A stretch of DNA of 63,379 bases, the filler included, from Choristocarpus tenellus KU-1152 (taxonomy: Eukaryota > Protista > Phaeophyceae), in the NCBI GenBank assembly GCA_964200185.2. It is 10 parts of 10 records of this genome, joined end to end, with 100 filler letters (N's around TTAATTAATTAA, not from the genome) between each part and the next. Parts side by side here need not be neighbours in the genome. Positions count along the whole stretch, not along the records: positions 24,920 to 32,650 come from CAXNAD020005672.1; positions 32,751 to 45,777 come from CAXNAD020001607.1; 8 more parts are not named here. One strand, 5' to 3'. Position 1 is the stretch's first letter, and each line of letters starts with the position of its first letter. The notes beneath the pieces were generated by a model. It made no database searches. It saw only the letters and a list, made by a program, of their open reading frames with translations, and was not told the DNA's origin. Of this stretch, positions 25,601 to 39,400 are shown piece after piece. Position numbers and translations under genes: made by a program.

Positions 25601-28060
25601 GTTTTTTGTGCAATACCAATACAGTGCAGGATTAGATACATAATTTTTTGTGAGGGTTCTCTGCACACCTGTGGTGACTGTTGACACGGTAGTATTCCCA
25701 TGCAAGGGGTAGTTTGTAAGGGGAGAATGGAGTGGTATTTCCTTTCCTTTACAGTGCTTATCATGCTTTTTGTTTCCTTGCATACATGTAGATGTAACTG
25801 CCGGCCTTTCAACTTCGTACACACATTAATTTTTTTTTCCTTCTAAACTTTCTGTGCGTGCGTGTAATGAAAGGTATCCACCATCTCCACTTGTGAGAGT
25901 TCTGCATGACAATTGTCAATGGGAATGCTGTTGAACTCACATTCATGGAGGTTGTTGGTCAACGATTCAGATACTCCTCTTTCCTCCCCCAAATCCCACA
26001 TTTTTCTGGCCTCCATCTTGTAGGCCTTTCCACGAACCTCGACCCTCTCCACTATGCCTTCATCCCCAAATCGTTTGATGCCTAATCCATTCACCCTTAA
26101 CCATGGACGAATGCTCTCACTTCTCCTACTCCTGCCCCCTGCCTTGCAATTCATTGGGTACCTCTGGTGCTCCCCAATGTGTGCTGACAGGAACAAGTGT
26201 ACAAGGTTGAAGACCCAATGCTTCCTGAGACAGAGGCAAGGCTTAGATCCTTGTTTGCCCCTCATGTCCACAAGCTTGAGGATCTCCTTGGGCGGAAGTT
26301 TGAGAGTTGGGGGTACAGCTGATCTGCCCCACCCCTTTCCTAGAGATGTCCACTCTCCTGTCTTCTGTGGGGTGTCCTTCCCGTACTGTAATGCCCAGTA
26401 AAAACTGTGTACCTAACTCTGGTTTGCTGGTCCTTCATCCTAACTTAAATTGAACCTATATATATATATTTAGCAGTGCCCAGTGATGTTATCTTGGGTT
26501 AGGTTTAGGGTTAAGGTTACATCATGAGGGCTGGTAAGAGAAAAAAAAACACATTTATTATACAAAACAAGAGGGATTTTTTCTATGTTCCCATTCTAAT
26601 TGTCCTGGTTCGTGGTGTGCTCAGTTTGTTTGCCTTGCCGTTGGGTAGTCCTAGCTATGCCAAAAGACAGAGTGAATCTTGTTGTGGTGTGTATGGGCCC
26701 CATCCTGTGAAGAGTTTGCTGGTGGATTTTCGTTTTTTTCAATTTTGGTGTTTGTGGCGTACGTTTTGACGAGCCTTTGGTTTGCGATATCTGCCTGGTT
26801 GTAGAGACAGGCAAATTTTCTGAAGACACGTTCTGTTAACGTAAGTATGTGAGCTCATAACATCATACATACGTGTTGCAATGTCAGGACGCCCTGCACG
26901 TTACGATCAAGTATTCCATCGATCCCCATATGGATGGATGTGGAGAGTGTAACTGTAGAGTGTAACTATAATTTTTTTTGTTCATTTTACTAACAGTTCG
27001 AACCTGGGATGTCACGATCGAGTGATACCTTGATGGACACAAAACCACAGGTCTGGGTTGAAGATGTTCATGGCTGGTTTTGATGTAGACGATCAGACAA
27101 AAGCATGCTAGTGTGTTTGATTATTCACAAGAGAGAGGGAGATGGCTCTTTCAAGACCCTTAAGAGTGTTCGGATAAGAATGTGCGGAAAAAGAAAGAGT
27201 CCGACTCTGTGTTTTATTGTGGTTAACCATCATTAAAAACAAGGAGGCAGGAATAGAGTAGAAGAGCAAGGGGGTTGTTCTTTGCGTCCCTTGTCCTTGT
27301 TCTTCTACTGAGCCAGTGTGATACTCGTGTGAAATGTTCATCTGAATGTATGTCTGACGTGACAATTCATCAAGCGAAAATACCTATTTGGATATCATTT
27401 GACATGGTTGAGTGCAGGAGGAGTGCAAGAATCACATTGCAGTTGCTTTGTGTCTCGAGTCAGGATAATGTCGGTCATTCCTTCACGTGCGACTGAGGTA
27501 GGTGGGCGATCTGATCGATATATAGGCATAGTACATGCATGCGATCTTCACTGGTACCTGGCGATTTCAATGACAAGAGAGAACAAGAACAAGAATATTG
27601 TTGCTTCAATATCCCGTACCACCTGATGAGTAGATCACTTTAAACCACACCTTGTTTCAACTTCACACAATGTGAACAATGAACACCAAATATCATGTCG
27701 CAACAGCATGGTGGACATATTGTGGCCAAGGATTCAACTTGCTTTACATTAGTAATAATCAGTAATATTATCACTATCTGATTTCAGAGAGTGTTACTGA
27801 CAATTCATTGTTCTTCAACTTAATAGTTCACTCTCTCGCTTAGATGTTTCATAATAAGAAAAGTTAGCCCATTGCTTACTGTTATTATTATGGTGTGACT
27901 CAGGTAAATCTGAGGTGGAAGAGAGTCATTATTTGTGTAATAATACTCTTTTGTAATCCTTCACGTACAAATGCAACGAACTCCCATTATTTTGTATGGG
28001 CTATAGTAGTTACATTTTTGGGTGGTCTTGATAGATTTTAGGGGTAGGGAATCTACAGAG

Positions 28061-28214
28061 AACAGCAGATTTAAAAAATTGAGGATGGAGCTTTTCATTG
28101 AGGATGGGCTTGACCCAAAATTGACTGGGAGGAAGTATATTACAAAAACATATCGATACTTTCTCCCAGTCAATTTTGGGTCGAGCCCATCCTCAATTTT
28201 TTAAATCTGCTGTT
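28061..28214. mobile_element. MITE family C, complete foldback element
   Basis: AACAGCAGATTTAAAAAATTGAGGATGG...CCATCCTCAATTTTTTAAATCTGCTGTT, almost fully palindromic; AGAG on both flanks. Confidence 0.9.
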
Positions 28215-28429
28215 AGAGGTGCTAAAAACAAACAACGAGAGTAAACACTACGTAGTAAGGCCGATGTGATGACAAATCGGAGATTGATTGTCGCCTACTA
28301 CATATTGGACGGTCAGCGGGTCGCTATGCAGTGAAATTTAACTGCTGACGTTGTAAGCATATTCATTCATACGGACATCTTTTCCTTCGCACTCTGTCAT
28401 ACCGTACTGCCAACTTCAAACTTATATTC

Positions 28430-28790
28430 ACCTCTCTGACTTGAAAAAATATCTGCTGGTCCTGTACCCACCCAATCATCGTATAATTTCACTCTCACTC
28501 CCTCTCACTCGTTGATCCAGTGGTATACTGACTTTCATACGGACGGATTGACTAACGACGAGTCAATGATCTACTATTAATACGACCTTTTTCAACAAAA
28601 CAAAATACCCTACTTCGTGATAGCCATCTTCCAACTAAGGTATACCTTCAAGGTGACCTATCTCGAGAGAATGCACTTCATCAAGGTTTGTTGCTCATAT
28701 GATATCTGTTTTGCATGTTGAAGTTAATATCTGATTGAAGGAAATATCGGGTGGTTTGAGTGGACCTTCCAACCCCCCCTCATTCACTTT
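28430..28790 (-). pseudogene. Highly decayed Ty1/Copia RT-RNase H remnant
   Basis: In correct order on the minus strand: PDISF (~28737-28751), YHWINE (28508-28525), PADIF (~28445-28459), like Copia TRPDISF, YHWIRE and ADIFTK; many stops. Confidence 0.45.
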
Positions 28791-30275
28791 TGCTTGTTCA
28801 CTCTTTCCTGAGTGGATCCTCTGAGGGATTGATCACCTTCCTGCCTTGTCTCCATCCATTCCCTTTCTCCTGTGGGTCTTCCCGCTCACCTTCAGACTGA
28901 ACAACCTGTCGGCCCGTTTCCATCTGTTTCACAACTTCATGCAATGTGTATTACCCTTCCTTAAAATCAACATTACCCTCCTCCATCCCTAATCTATCTG
29001 TTCCTTTGCTGACAGGACAACCATGGAACTATTATTATTCTTACTACGTAGAATTACAAGATACTTTCACTTAACATAATACACGTAGTTATGTCTCAGT
29101 CAGTACCTACTACTTCACTATGATAGTGTTATCTGACAACACACACATAAAATATCCTGGGGTGCGGCACATTGCGGAGATCCCTATTGCTGTATCAATC
29201 GGAGCAGTATTCACATGCATCCAATCATCATGCAGGAAGCACTTATTGATTGGCAAGATATTCTCCTTGCATATAGGTATGTGATGGAGTTTTGTACTAA
29301 TGCAAGTGAAAGCAGGGATAAAAAATGTTTATCACCCTAGTCGAAACACGTCCACTATGTATGTATATGCAGTCACGGACTCTTGTCAAGAATATTCTTT
29401 GTTGCTATGTGCAAAAGGTTCTGTAGGACAAACAATCTGTTGTTGGACTATTGTTCAGTAACAGGATAATTGATAGGAACGTTTCTGTTGAGTGACAACG
29501 AGAATATTATCCGGGTTATAATACTACAATAAGAAGAATCCTAGAAAAGGAAGGTTGTAGCAAGTGACACAAAATGAGTGATGAGTTATTAGAATATGAA
29601 TGATAAGGTGAGAAGTACCCCCCCCTTTGAGTTTGGATGTTTACTCCTCCTTTCACCTTCCTTACTTCATCTACAACCTGTTCTACACAAGGAATTAATC
29701 GAGTCATTTACATACACAAGTGTTGGGAACATCAATTTCTTTAACGGGCTCAAACGATAGGTGGTCGGTCCGAAGATACAAGGCTTATACCGGAAAACAG
29801 ATACAGGTTTGTTATAACGCGCAGAAAGAGAGAAATGAGCTCATAGTCGGCGTTCTGTCTTGAGATGAGTACAGGGACAACATGAATCCTCACACTGTTG
29901 CATGCAGGCTACATACTCTAAGTAGAAACAAATACTCACATGCCACCTCAAAGTGATAGACAACAGAGCATCAAAGCAGCATGGCGTATGAGATCCGCAA
30001 GATTACCTTGAACATCAAACCCTTACTCACTGTGCTCTGGTCCATTGTGATACTGTCCCCATACCCTGTAACTGTAGTGCTCAGGGATTATGTTGCTTGA
30101 AATGACACGCCTGTGTGTGTGACTTGGAGTGTCCCCCAGAAGTCTGAAGCAACTATTTTGTCATCTTAATACTTCGAGGAAGAGTACCAAATCGTTCTCG
30201 AAATAACATAGGAGGAACTTGAACAATAAATTGAACTGTACCTCCAAAATGTAGTGTGCATACAGCACGCACAAG

Positions 30276-30298
30276 CCCTAACCCTAACCCTAACCCTA
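30276..30298. repeat. Interstitial telomere-type repeat (CCCTAA)~4
   Basis: Seen directly. Confidence 0.9.
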
Positions 30299-30751
30299 CG
30301 TAGCACACACAGTAACATGTAACCAAACCTTACCATATTATTCCCGGGGATTCTAAGTCCAATTTCTGCGCACTAAAGCTTTGAGTACATCACTGCAAAA
30401 ACTGTTAAAAGATATATATATATATATATTTATATATATGAGGCCACAAACCACAGCATTCTTTGCCTTGCATTCACCACGAATCTTTCAACAAGATAAG
30501 CAGATGGCTTGGGGCATCTACACCGGACCCAGAGCCTGCAGCACACAGTGCCACACGTGGGGTAATTTGTTGCACATCTGATGACAAGCCACTGCTATTT
30601 TTAGTTGAGATCACACTTGCAAACAGAAGTATGAATAGGAGATCACCCAGCCCTTTCTTCTAATCCTGCAATAAACTAGGTACAACTTACATTACGAATA
30701 CGGTAGTAAATACACGACCCTGACCGGAGGCCACTTGCTTGATCACCACGA

Positions 30752-31623
30752 TCACTCCTCCTCATTGTCAGACGACAGCAGCCCTCGCATCTCCAGCTCA
30801 TCATAACCATGCTCATCTGTTCCAAATGTGCCCACCTTCAAATCATCAGAGTTCTCATCCGGAATCTCAGATGAATATACTAGCGCCGATATGCAGATCG
30901 CAGCAGCAATTAGGTATGGAAACCCCGGCAAAAATGTCTTCTCAGATTGTGACATGAGGAACCCAAAGAGTAGGGGGCCAAAGCCCTCTGTCAGGGCTCG
31001 AACCCCATTGATAGTTCCCAGCACCTCCCCCTGGGCCTCAACTGAAACCGATCGAGACACTAAGCTTGAAATGGCAGGATAAACCAAATTACTCAGCAGG
31101 GACCTGTCGCCAAAGCATGTTGGTGGTGGAAAAAAATTGTTCAACGCACACAAACACACGTGCGTGCACACGCACGAGCAGCAAGAGAGGTGGGTGGGTG
31201 GGGTACATGGGGAGAGGAGTAAAACAACTCAGAGGAGAGGTTGTACAGGATGCATAGAAGAAAACGTAACCGCCACGTAACTGCCACGAATCTTCTCGAA
31301 TCCGTGCGAACAAGCTGCTGAAAGTTACTAAGAGCCGGTGCAAAATGACACAGAAAAAACAGGACTGGGGTGATCACCACCCTTCACCGTCGAGGTACAC
31401 CTTTTCCTGTCCTCTTCATCATACGTCATACTCTCACCACGATTCACATCGAAAAAAGAGGCCACTAATTAATTTTTTTTATCATTAATATTATTATTAT
31501 TAATTAAAATTAATAATAATAAAAATAATTGAACTTTTTCTCACCCGCCCATGCTCGCAAAAATCATCCAGGGTTCGTGCGCCAGGCCGATGAAGATGCA
31601 CTGCGTGGCAAAGCCAAGGAGTC
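30752..31623 (-). CDS. MFS transporter, MFSD14/HIAT1 (TetA-like) type; last two exons 31545-31623 and 30752-31103
   Basis: Spliced LLGFATQCIFIGLAHEPWMIFASMGGSLLSNLVYPAISSLVSRSVSVEAQGEVLGTINGVRALTEGFGPLLFG matches the family's TM9-TM12 pattern; GT-AG in phase; acidic tail ending EMRGLL. Confidence 0.88.
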
Positions 31624-31910
31624 CTGTCTCAATGGGGGGGGGGTACGTGTTGTCACGTTGGCGAGGTCCGTCGGTTACAACTTTAACAAAAAAGAGAAAA
31701 AATAATGTAACTTCATTTTTCAAAAAGCCAAGGCAGCGGCAACACACCAGCACACCAGAAACGTAGGCGTAACCAACTGACAACGCAATTCAACTATGTA
31801 ACTGCCGTGTACCAAGAGGAACAATGAAAAAAAGAAGAAGAAGAAAGAGGTGGGAGGCTAGAGGGCGAAAAGAGTCGAGGCTACATGTCTAACCTGAAGG
31901 TGTTTGTTTT

Positions 31911-32208
31911 GGCCAAAGTATCTGGGGGGTGGTTGTCCATTTGGGGCTCAATTTTCCATGTCGTGATTTTTGGGTGATTTGGTTTCATGCGTCAGATGAA
32001 TAGTGGAAGTTCACTTCTCCTGGTCAGGGCTCAAATGGACACACTGGTGTAGACCCCCCCCCCTCCCCCCGTTGGTTTGTCTAACTAAGAAAGGTGTCAA
32101 TAAGAACATTGCTAAAGAATGGGGATTGAACCAGGATGTGGCACTTTGTCTATCGCCGTAGTCTTTGTGTCTTTGGACTCTCTAGTGACCCCCCAGATAT
32201 TTTGAGCC
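31911..32208 (+). mobile_element. MITE family A with ~118-bp internal insertion
   Basis: Family A body to the C-tract at ~32070, unrelated sequence, then right TIR CCCCCCAGATATTTTGAGCC; TTTT on both flanks. Confidence 0.8.
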
Positions 32209-32750
32209 TTTTTCTTTTTCTGGTAGATTGTAGGTGATACAACTAGACCGCAGAGGAATCCAATGATGAAGGTTGATGGTGGGGGGGGGGAGGGCTCACC
32301 GCCGACTGACGAAAATCCATCAGCCTCAAAACCAAAAAAAGGTACAAGATACATTCTTAAATAAAAAAAAAACTGGTCCAAGAGATCGCAGAGTGCACGC
32401 GACGCGGTGTACACTTCAAATAAAATAAAATATAGATATTCCGACCAATCAAATCGCTGTTTTCGTTCAAACAATAGCACAATGAACCAATTGGGGCAGG
32501 CCGTGTACTATCGACAGTTCCTCTTCCAAGCTCAACTCACTGCCTCATTCAAGGCAACACGACAAGGGTCCAGCAACACCAAACACCGCTGCGGACCCCC
32601 CCCCCCCCCCCCCACCCCACCCACCCCCCCCCCCCCCCCCCCCCCCCCGCNNNNNNNNNNNNNNNNNNNNNNNNNNNNNNNNNNNNNNNNNNNNTTAATT
32701 AATTAANNNNNNNNNNNNNNNNNNNNNNNNNNNNNNNNNNNNNNNNNNNN

Positions 32751-32863
32751 TACCTACTCCGAAACAATTTGGAGTTGGTAGAATGTCATTTAAAACCCGT
32801 GAGAAGCCAAGCCCCAAATGGACAAACAGGGCAAAAATCGTACCCTCTGAGATAGTTTCACTC
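32751..32863 (-). mobile_element. MITE family B partial at contig start
   Basis: Ends ...GAGATAGTTTCACTC; matches the reverse-orientation B copies. Confidence 0.85.
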
Positions 32864-35778
32864 TGATCATCATCACTGTCTGCTTATCGCCCATGTCATC
32901 CTCATAATTGCTGGAATAGATAGCTCTTTTCACCACTTATAGTGATTGGTGGCAGTAGCTGTCATTGACAGTGAGTTGCAGTGGTTGTTCTTATCACTAT
33001 ATCACAATTTCCTCTTTCATCGGTAGCATGATTGGTGGCAGCTTTTGATTTGATAGCTCTAACCACAATAGAAAGTGGGGGTGTTGGTGTATGTTGTTGG
33101 TGCAGTTGTATCATTCTTGTAGTAGTCCCTACCATCATTGGATGTATATGGCGCTGGTAGTACTCCCAGCGTTACATGAGCAGATCTCCTGTAAGCAGGG
33201 TTTTCAAGAATTCCTAGCCATAATCATTTCGATTTCCTTTCTATGCATAACCCCGTAGTCTTGCCGCTGATTCCATATCCTCAGGCCTTTCTTGTTTATT
33301 TGGTGGGTACAGAACGCTACCCAATGAGGAGGATCTATGGATGTCCACACTCCCATGCACTTTTAGGGAACAGATGGACAGCGTGGTGAGAGATGTGTAC
33401 AGGGTTGGAGGACTGTTGGAGGTGCATCATAGTTAGGTTCAGTATGCACCCAAGCCCTGCAGACGACAATTGTGGATTCCACACTCTGTTGATGACTCTC
33501 AGCAAGGACTAGGTACTCCATAATGAACATGCCTCTGTTGTACTTGTATAGTCTGCCCTTCATTGGCACTCATTCAACCTCATATCATACACTTCCTAAC
33601 GGCTTGTTGCCTCTCATCTTCTCTTACAGTAAATCGATTAATGCTGCAAATAACCGGTTCGTGTAGACACCGGTTAATGATGAATCATGCCACTCTATCC
33701 TTGATGAGTCTTCTACCTTTCTTCGAGTCTTGAGACAGTATCAAACATAACTAAAGACCTACAGAACCTACAACGCTATTTGGCTGACGCTTTAGCTGCT
33801 TGGATTATTGGAGATGCCACTTCTGCTGTGACTGGTTTGGAAAGGTTGGACTTCCATTTTGAACAGCTCCACATTGACAGGGCGGATTGCTTGAGGGTTG
33901 GGATAAGGACTGGCAAGCAGAAGGGCATGGAGCAACACACAAAAATGCAGCCTTCTCCTTCGGAACATTGATGAGAGGGTAGTCGATCCTAACACACAAC
34001 TGAAGGTGGAAGTCCTGGGAGTTGCAGTGTTAGAGCTACAACGGAAAATTGTGTCTTGGTGGACGATGGTGTTCAATGGAATGATGGGCAGCAACACTTG
34101 AAGGTGCATCGTGTTCCGCAATTTGGTGGGAGAATGGTGCATGCACTGGAAGGAACACTATGCACATGTCACATGTACTACCGGAACCTAAGACTAATTG
34201 GTGGGGACATCACCAATTATCGGCAATGAGTTCGGGTCACTTTGACATACTAGAGCACAGCTAAGTTCAAGTAAAACGACTTACTAAGGCACGTATGGTG
34301 TACGAATGAGTAGAATGATAAGTTGGATTCTTTTCCCAATACTAACTTCTTGGCGGTTACAGAGAAGCTAGCTATGTATATATATATATATACATTGTGT
34401 GTGTGTAAAAAAGTAGTTATATCTTGTCTATTGTGAGTGTTCCATGTAGCACTACCATCACGCAACACATTCATTCCTTTTTGAGTAATATATATTATTA
34501 TGCCGTTCTTTCATGTTACATTTTACAGGAGGTATGTGCGATACTTCCAATGTTTCTAATATTATACTATGTATTACTTCAAAGTGCATGGTTTTTGTGT
34601 AGGATTTCCCATACACCACACTACTACGTAGTCCTCTTGCCTCGTGAGGGCCCCCGCCTTAAAAAAAAATGACGCCTGTGTCATTACATACACACAACAC
34701 ACTATCACACTGTAACTACTACTAGTAGAACAACCGCTTCTGGACGCATTTGTTTACTGTCTTGTGAGACACATGGGGATGATGATGTAGAGAAAGCATC
34801 AGTTGACGATCAGTCTTTTTCATGGTGAGTGTTGACCCTGAACCTGACACCTCCTCCTCTCTCATTCCTCCAACACCACTCACTGCCATCTATCATGTAC
34901 TATTTGTCCTCCTCACCATTGTTCTAGTAGCAGTTATAATAGTACTCTGGTAGTAGCAGTACTGGTGTTACAGAAAGCAACACAGGTTCACACTCAACAT
35001 ATAGGGTTATGCAAATAAAAGCCACCATCAGGCAATGTCGTCACTGAGTGAGGGGGCTACGACAAGCCTTAAACGCCAACAGATCATAATATACAGGTGC
35101 GCAACACTACACGAGATTAGGTCTCATTTCAACAAGCTCCCCATTTCAGTTCCCTCTTCCAGAACTCAACAGCCAAAAAAACGATTTGTAGGAAATCACA
35201 ATCTGGGTTTAATCGCCCACTTTGGCGTCAAATATTCCCACGCTACATTTGCATCGATCCTACATTTCGAGAAATCCGAATCGATCTTAAATTTTGCAGT
35301 CCTCGAAGGGAAGATATACAATTGTATAGCAGAAAAAGAGTCATGGTTGGGTGTGCACTCTTTTCCTTGGGTTGTGTTTGTTACAGTATGTTATATACTT
35401 CTTTCCCATGGATACAACAATACCACGTGATAATTGTCGTTGCTTTGTAATACAAGGTGTTGACGATAACTGTTCAGTTGAACAATAAAGGTCCTGTCGC
35501 CAAAATGTAGGTCTTAAAAAAAGCATATCACATCTATCAAAGTAGAATAGCCTAAAGTGCAGTACCAACCAAATATCAATCTGCCCAAATGTACTATCTA
35601 ATCTGTCACATCTTACGTACTAAAACAAAACACAGACTCGCACAAACATAATGGAACACCTTACACAAGTCCCTTCTTTGCTCAAGATGCTGCTACTACT
35701 ATGTGGTGGGCTATATAAATGGCAGAAAATAAGTACCTTGATAACAAGTTCAATCACCCGAAGAATCACATTGTGTAC

Positions 35779-35972
35779 TTGTCAATGAAGAATTGTGTCC
35801 AATTCACTACAAGGATCACTCTCAAATTGTCAAGGAAGAATTGTGTCCAATTCACTACAAGGGTCACTCTCAAATTGTCAAGGAAGAATTGTGTCCAATT
35901 CACTACAAGGATCACTCTCAAATTGTCAAGGAAGAATTGTGTCCAATTCACTACAAGGGTCACTCTCAAATT
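35779..35972. repeat. 48-bp tandem repeat x4
   Basis: Unit TGTCAAGGAAGAATTGTGTCCAATTCACTACAAGGRTCACTCTCAAAT, no spacers. Confidence 0.95.
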
Positions 35973-36445
35973 ACACCTAATATTATGACCCCTCGACACC
36001 AGTATTTTGTACAGACTAAAATACAACATATTCTTCTAAGAAAATGAAAAAACTCTCCAGGCTATTTCTGCCCTGTGTCAATGGCGACAAGTGTCATTTC
36101 TTCAATTTACCTATCTAAAGACTACTGTTGGTAAAAGAGAACAAAAGTCATAGACTGAACTTCTCGCAGTAAAATAAAAAAAAATTCTCACACATCATAG
36201 TACCATGTACAAACAAAAAAAACGGCCATAAGAGTGTCAAGCAACACTCGTACTCACACCCACAAAACAAGAAAACACATACACACACACACACTCACAC
36301 ACAAGATGCACAAAAATCGCCATCACCAAACATGTGCGGATCGTGAGAGGAGATGGTCAATTAAGATTTCACATGTGTTCATGTACTTGCATGCATGCCT
36401 TCTTTCATACTTTACACCGGATAGGTGTGCATCTGATCGCAGCTA

Positions 36446-39400
36446 TTACTTGTACCCGAGGAGTGACATCCCTTGTTCACATTTTTCCTCCAAAAGCGCA
36501 AGCATTTCCAGGTTCAACTCGTGCTGCCATTCGCCAAGTCGCACAGGCGAGCGACTGCGGTCCGTGTCCCAATTGTGATCGTCTTCTTCTCCCTCTCCCT
36601 TCCTTCCCTCCACATCTAATCCATGGGGATAACCCTCAGCATTCCCATCACCACTGCTTCTTGACGCGCTAGCACCAACCTCCTCGAGTCTTGTCTGTAT
36701 CGTGTTTTTTGTTATTTTTTTGCAAGGAGAGGAGGAGCGATGGTGGCGTTTGCACTGAATGCGGTAGTAATCAGGGAGATGCTTGACCCACGTAGCAGCA
36801 CCCACTCAGAATTTTCACGGACATTGCTTGCCCATGCATGATTTCACCACAGAGAATATGCATGGTGTCAGCCCACTACTACAAAACGACCACACTATAA
36901 CATACGTGTACACAAAAATATATGTACATACATTATGCTCATCTCCACTCTCCACCCTCATCACAGACCTTAAGGGGTACAGCACTAGCCCCGAAAGAAA
37001 CTGCGAACATTGAAAAGCTACATGGACACTGGAGCAAAACCAGCACAACAAATTAAAGCGTACACGCAGAATCCCCACCAATCAAATTAACTCAGTCCTC
37101 AAAAAAGTACCTTCTCGTTCAACTGTACATCACTTGGCGGTACTGTCGCCACGGCTTGTCACCCCCATCCACACCCACCTTCTCCTCCTCCCCCTGGTCT
37201 CCAGAGGACACAAAACAGTTGCTTGCAATCCACGCCTTTGTGGCACTTGGGAGACTCTCTTCCCTACCATTGTCCGCTCCGCCACCAATGATCCCAAGCC
37301 ATTGCAGTATGCCTTCTGTCGTCCCAGTTGGGTCACGTGCTAGGTCTTCGTACCTTAGGAGGCGGTACCTGGGATGTGTGTGAAAGGGAGAGAGAGAGGG
37401 AAGGCGGAAAGATAAATACAAAACACAACTTGAACTGAAGGGCAGGTATTCTTGAAAATAATTTCGATTCTACTACGGTGTGCACGCTTCCAAAAAAGCA
37501 ATTTAAAGAAAGTTAGCGCTATCTATGTATGTTTGAAAAAGCAAGATCGAAAAATGAATCCAACTCTACTCCAGTGCATTTCAATCAACATCTATTGACA
37601 CTGTTCAGAATGGTATAGACGATGGGTGGTGCACCCACCAAAACGTAAACTAAAAAAATATGTACACTCATTATGAATGACATCCTCACACAGCACAAAC
37701 TAAATGTGCGTGTGTGTATTTTTGTGTGTGTTCACCATCAAGTTCCTCACGACTACTAGCCCTGCTGGACACTTCGATGCCATCAGTCCTTCAAGCACAA
37801 CCACAGCGCAGGCCAAAATGGAGACGCCTTAGTATGACTTACTTACACATACATCTGCAGCACAGCTTCATCCCTCAGTAATTTAGTTAACTTTAAACAA
37901 AGCAAAAGTGTCAAGACCCACCCATGCTTTTGAGGATAATTGTTATCAAGTCCTTCCTACAGGTCACACTTGTTCAAATGGTAGTGCTTCACAGCATCTA
38001 CAAAATTAGCGGCTGTCTCCAGTTCTTTCATGTGTACTTGCTGATTCTAAGTTGTCCAACAAAATACAAAGAAGAGGATTCCACACCTGAAGAGAGCATT
38101 GCAAACTTGGGAATTCAGTAAGTTGAAGGGGGCTGCATTGACTTTCAATACATGTTGCAACAACAAGAAGCTCTATCCACTGACACGTTTTTCAGTTCTT
38201 GCACAAAACTAACTCCTCCCCCCCCCTGTTCCTTGAGTAGACCATACTCAATAAAAAACAAACAAAACTTGCATCTCTGTCTACCTTAACTTTGTAGAAA
38301 GAAAACAACCTGTGAGTACTACAAAGAACATAATTCACGCACGCTCTTGATACTTGTAAACGCCAGTTATTGTTAAAGAAGCTGTTATTACTTAAGGCTT
38401 TGTGTGTAAATAACTGCATCGATTATTTCCTCCAGCATCCTATCTCACAACTCTTCATTCTCTGACCCATACAGTTTCAGGACTCCTTCTTTCTCCAGTT
38501 CATCAAATAGCTGTTTCTTATGCAATATTTCATAGAAGAACAAAAAAGAGCGTTCTTGACTGGCATGATAGCTCAAAGGGCAAGAATATACTTAAAGAGC
38601 CAAGAACAAAGAGGGGAGTTAGAGAAAAATCGTTGGAGACACAATCACTGTATCATTTTGGATTCCACAAGCAACATACGACATAGGAAAAAGTAAAATA
38701 AAAAAGTGAGTGTTGAATTCATTAGTAACATTTCAACACAAAGAAGTTATCCCAAATCACAACATATCAAAATTTAAATTGCTTTCCAAAAATAAGGAAG
38801 CTGTAAGCAACAACAACAAAAACCTTCTGTAAAAAGATTGTATCTCACAGGAGCACAAAATGTAAAATAACAGTGAAGTGTTTACGCATTGCTTCTACGT
38901 CTCATACGTCTCAGATAGGTTTAATGCCAAGTGTGTACAATACTGAGATCAGAAACAAAGAGAGACTTGCGCAACCCCCCCCTCCCTCCAACCACCACCA
39001 TGCCCTCCTATTCAACACGACTCCCATTTAAAACAGGGTACATAGACCACAAAAAATATATTTATCTAAATTCTACTTTTTAAAAGTAGTGAACAGATAT
39101 GGCAGTTATATTCAGGGCTAGAGGGTTCATAGAGGAAGAGGAAAAGTGGAAGAACTGATTTGAATACATTTGTTCATTTTTGACAATAGTGCAGTTAGGG
39201 ATAGAGTTAGGGTTTCAGCAATTAAAGCAAGTTCCTGTTCCTTCCCTATTGCTCCCTCATAAGCAGTGATGAGACATCTACCTCTCTTCATGTGCTATTT
39301 TCAATAAAAATACACCAAAGGAATGCATCATACGCATGAGTATGTGCAAAGAACCCAACTTTTTGCAATCATTGCATTAATATCTATTAAAAAAAACTCG

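Noticed and set aside
25248-25824. Poly-Ile/Leu/Tyr/Asn ORFs
   Set aside because: Translations of the (ATT)n microsatellite.
35779-35972. CRISPR-like look of the 48-bp, 50-bp and 153-bp repeats
   Set aside because: Head-to-tail units with no unique spacers, no cas genes, eukaryotic context.
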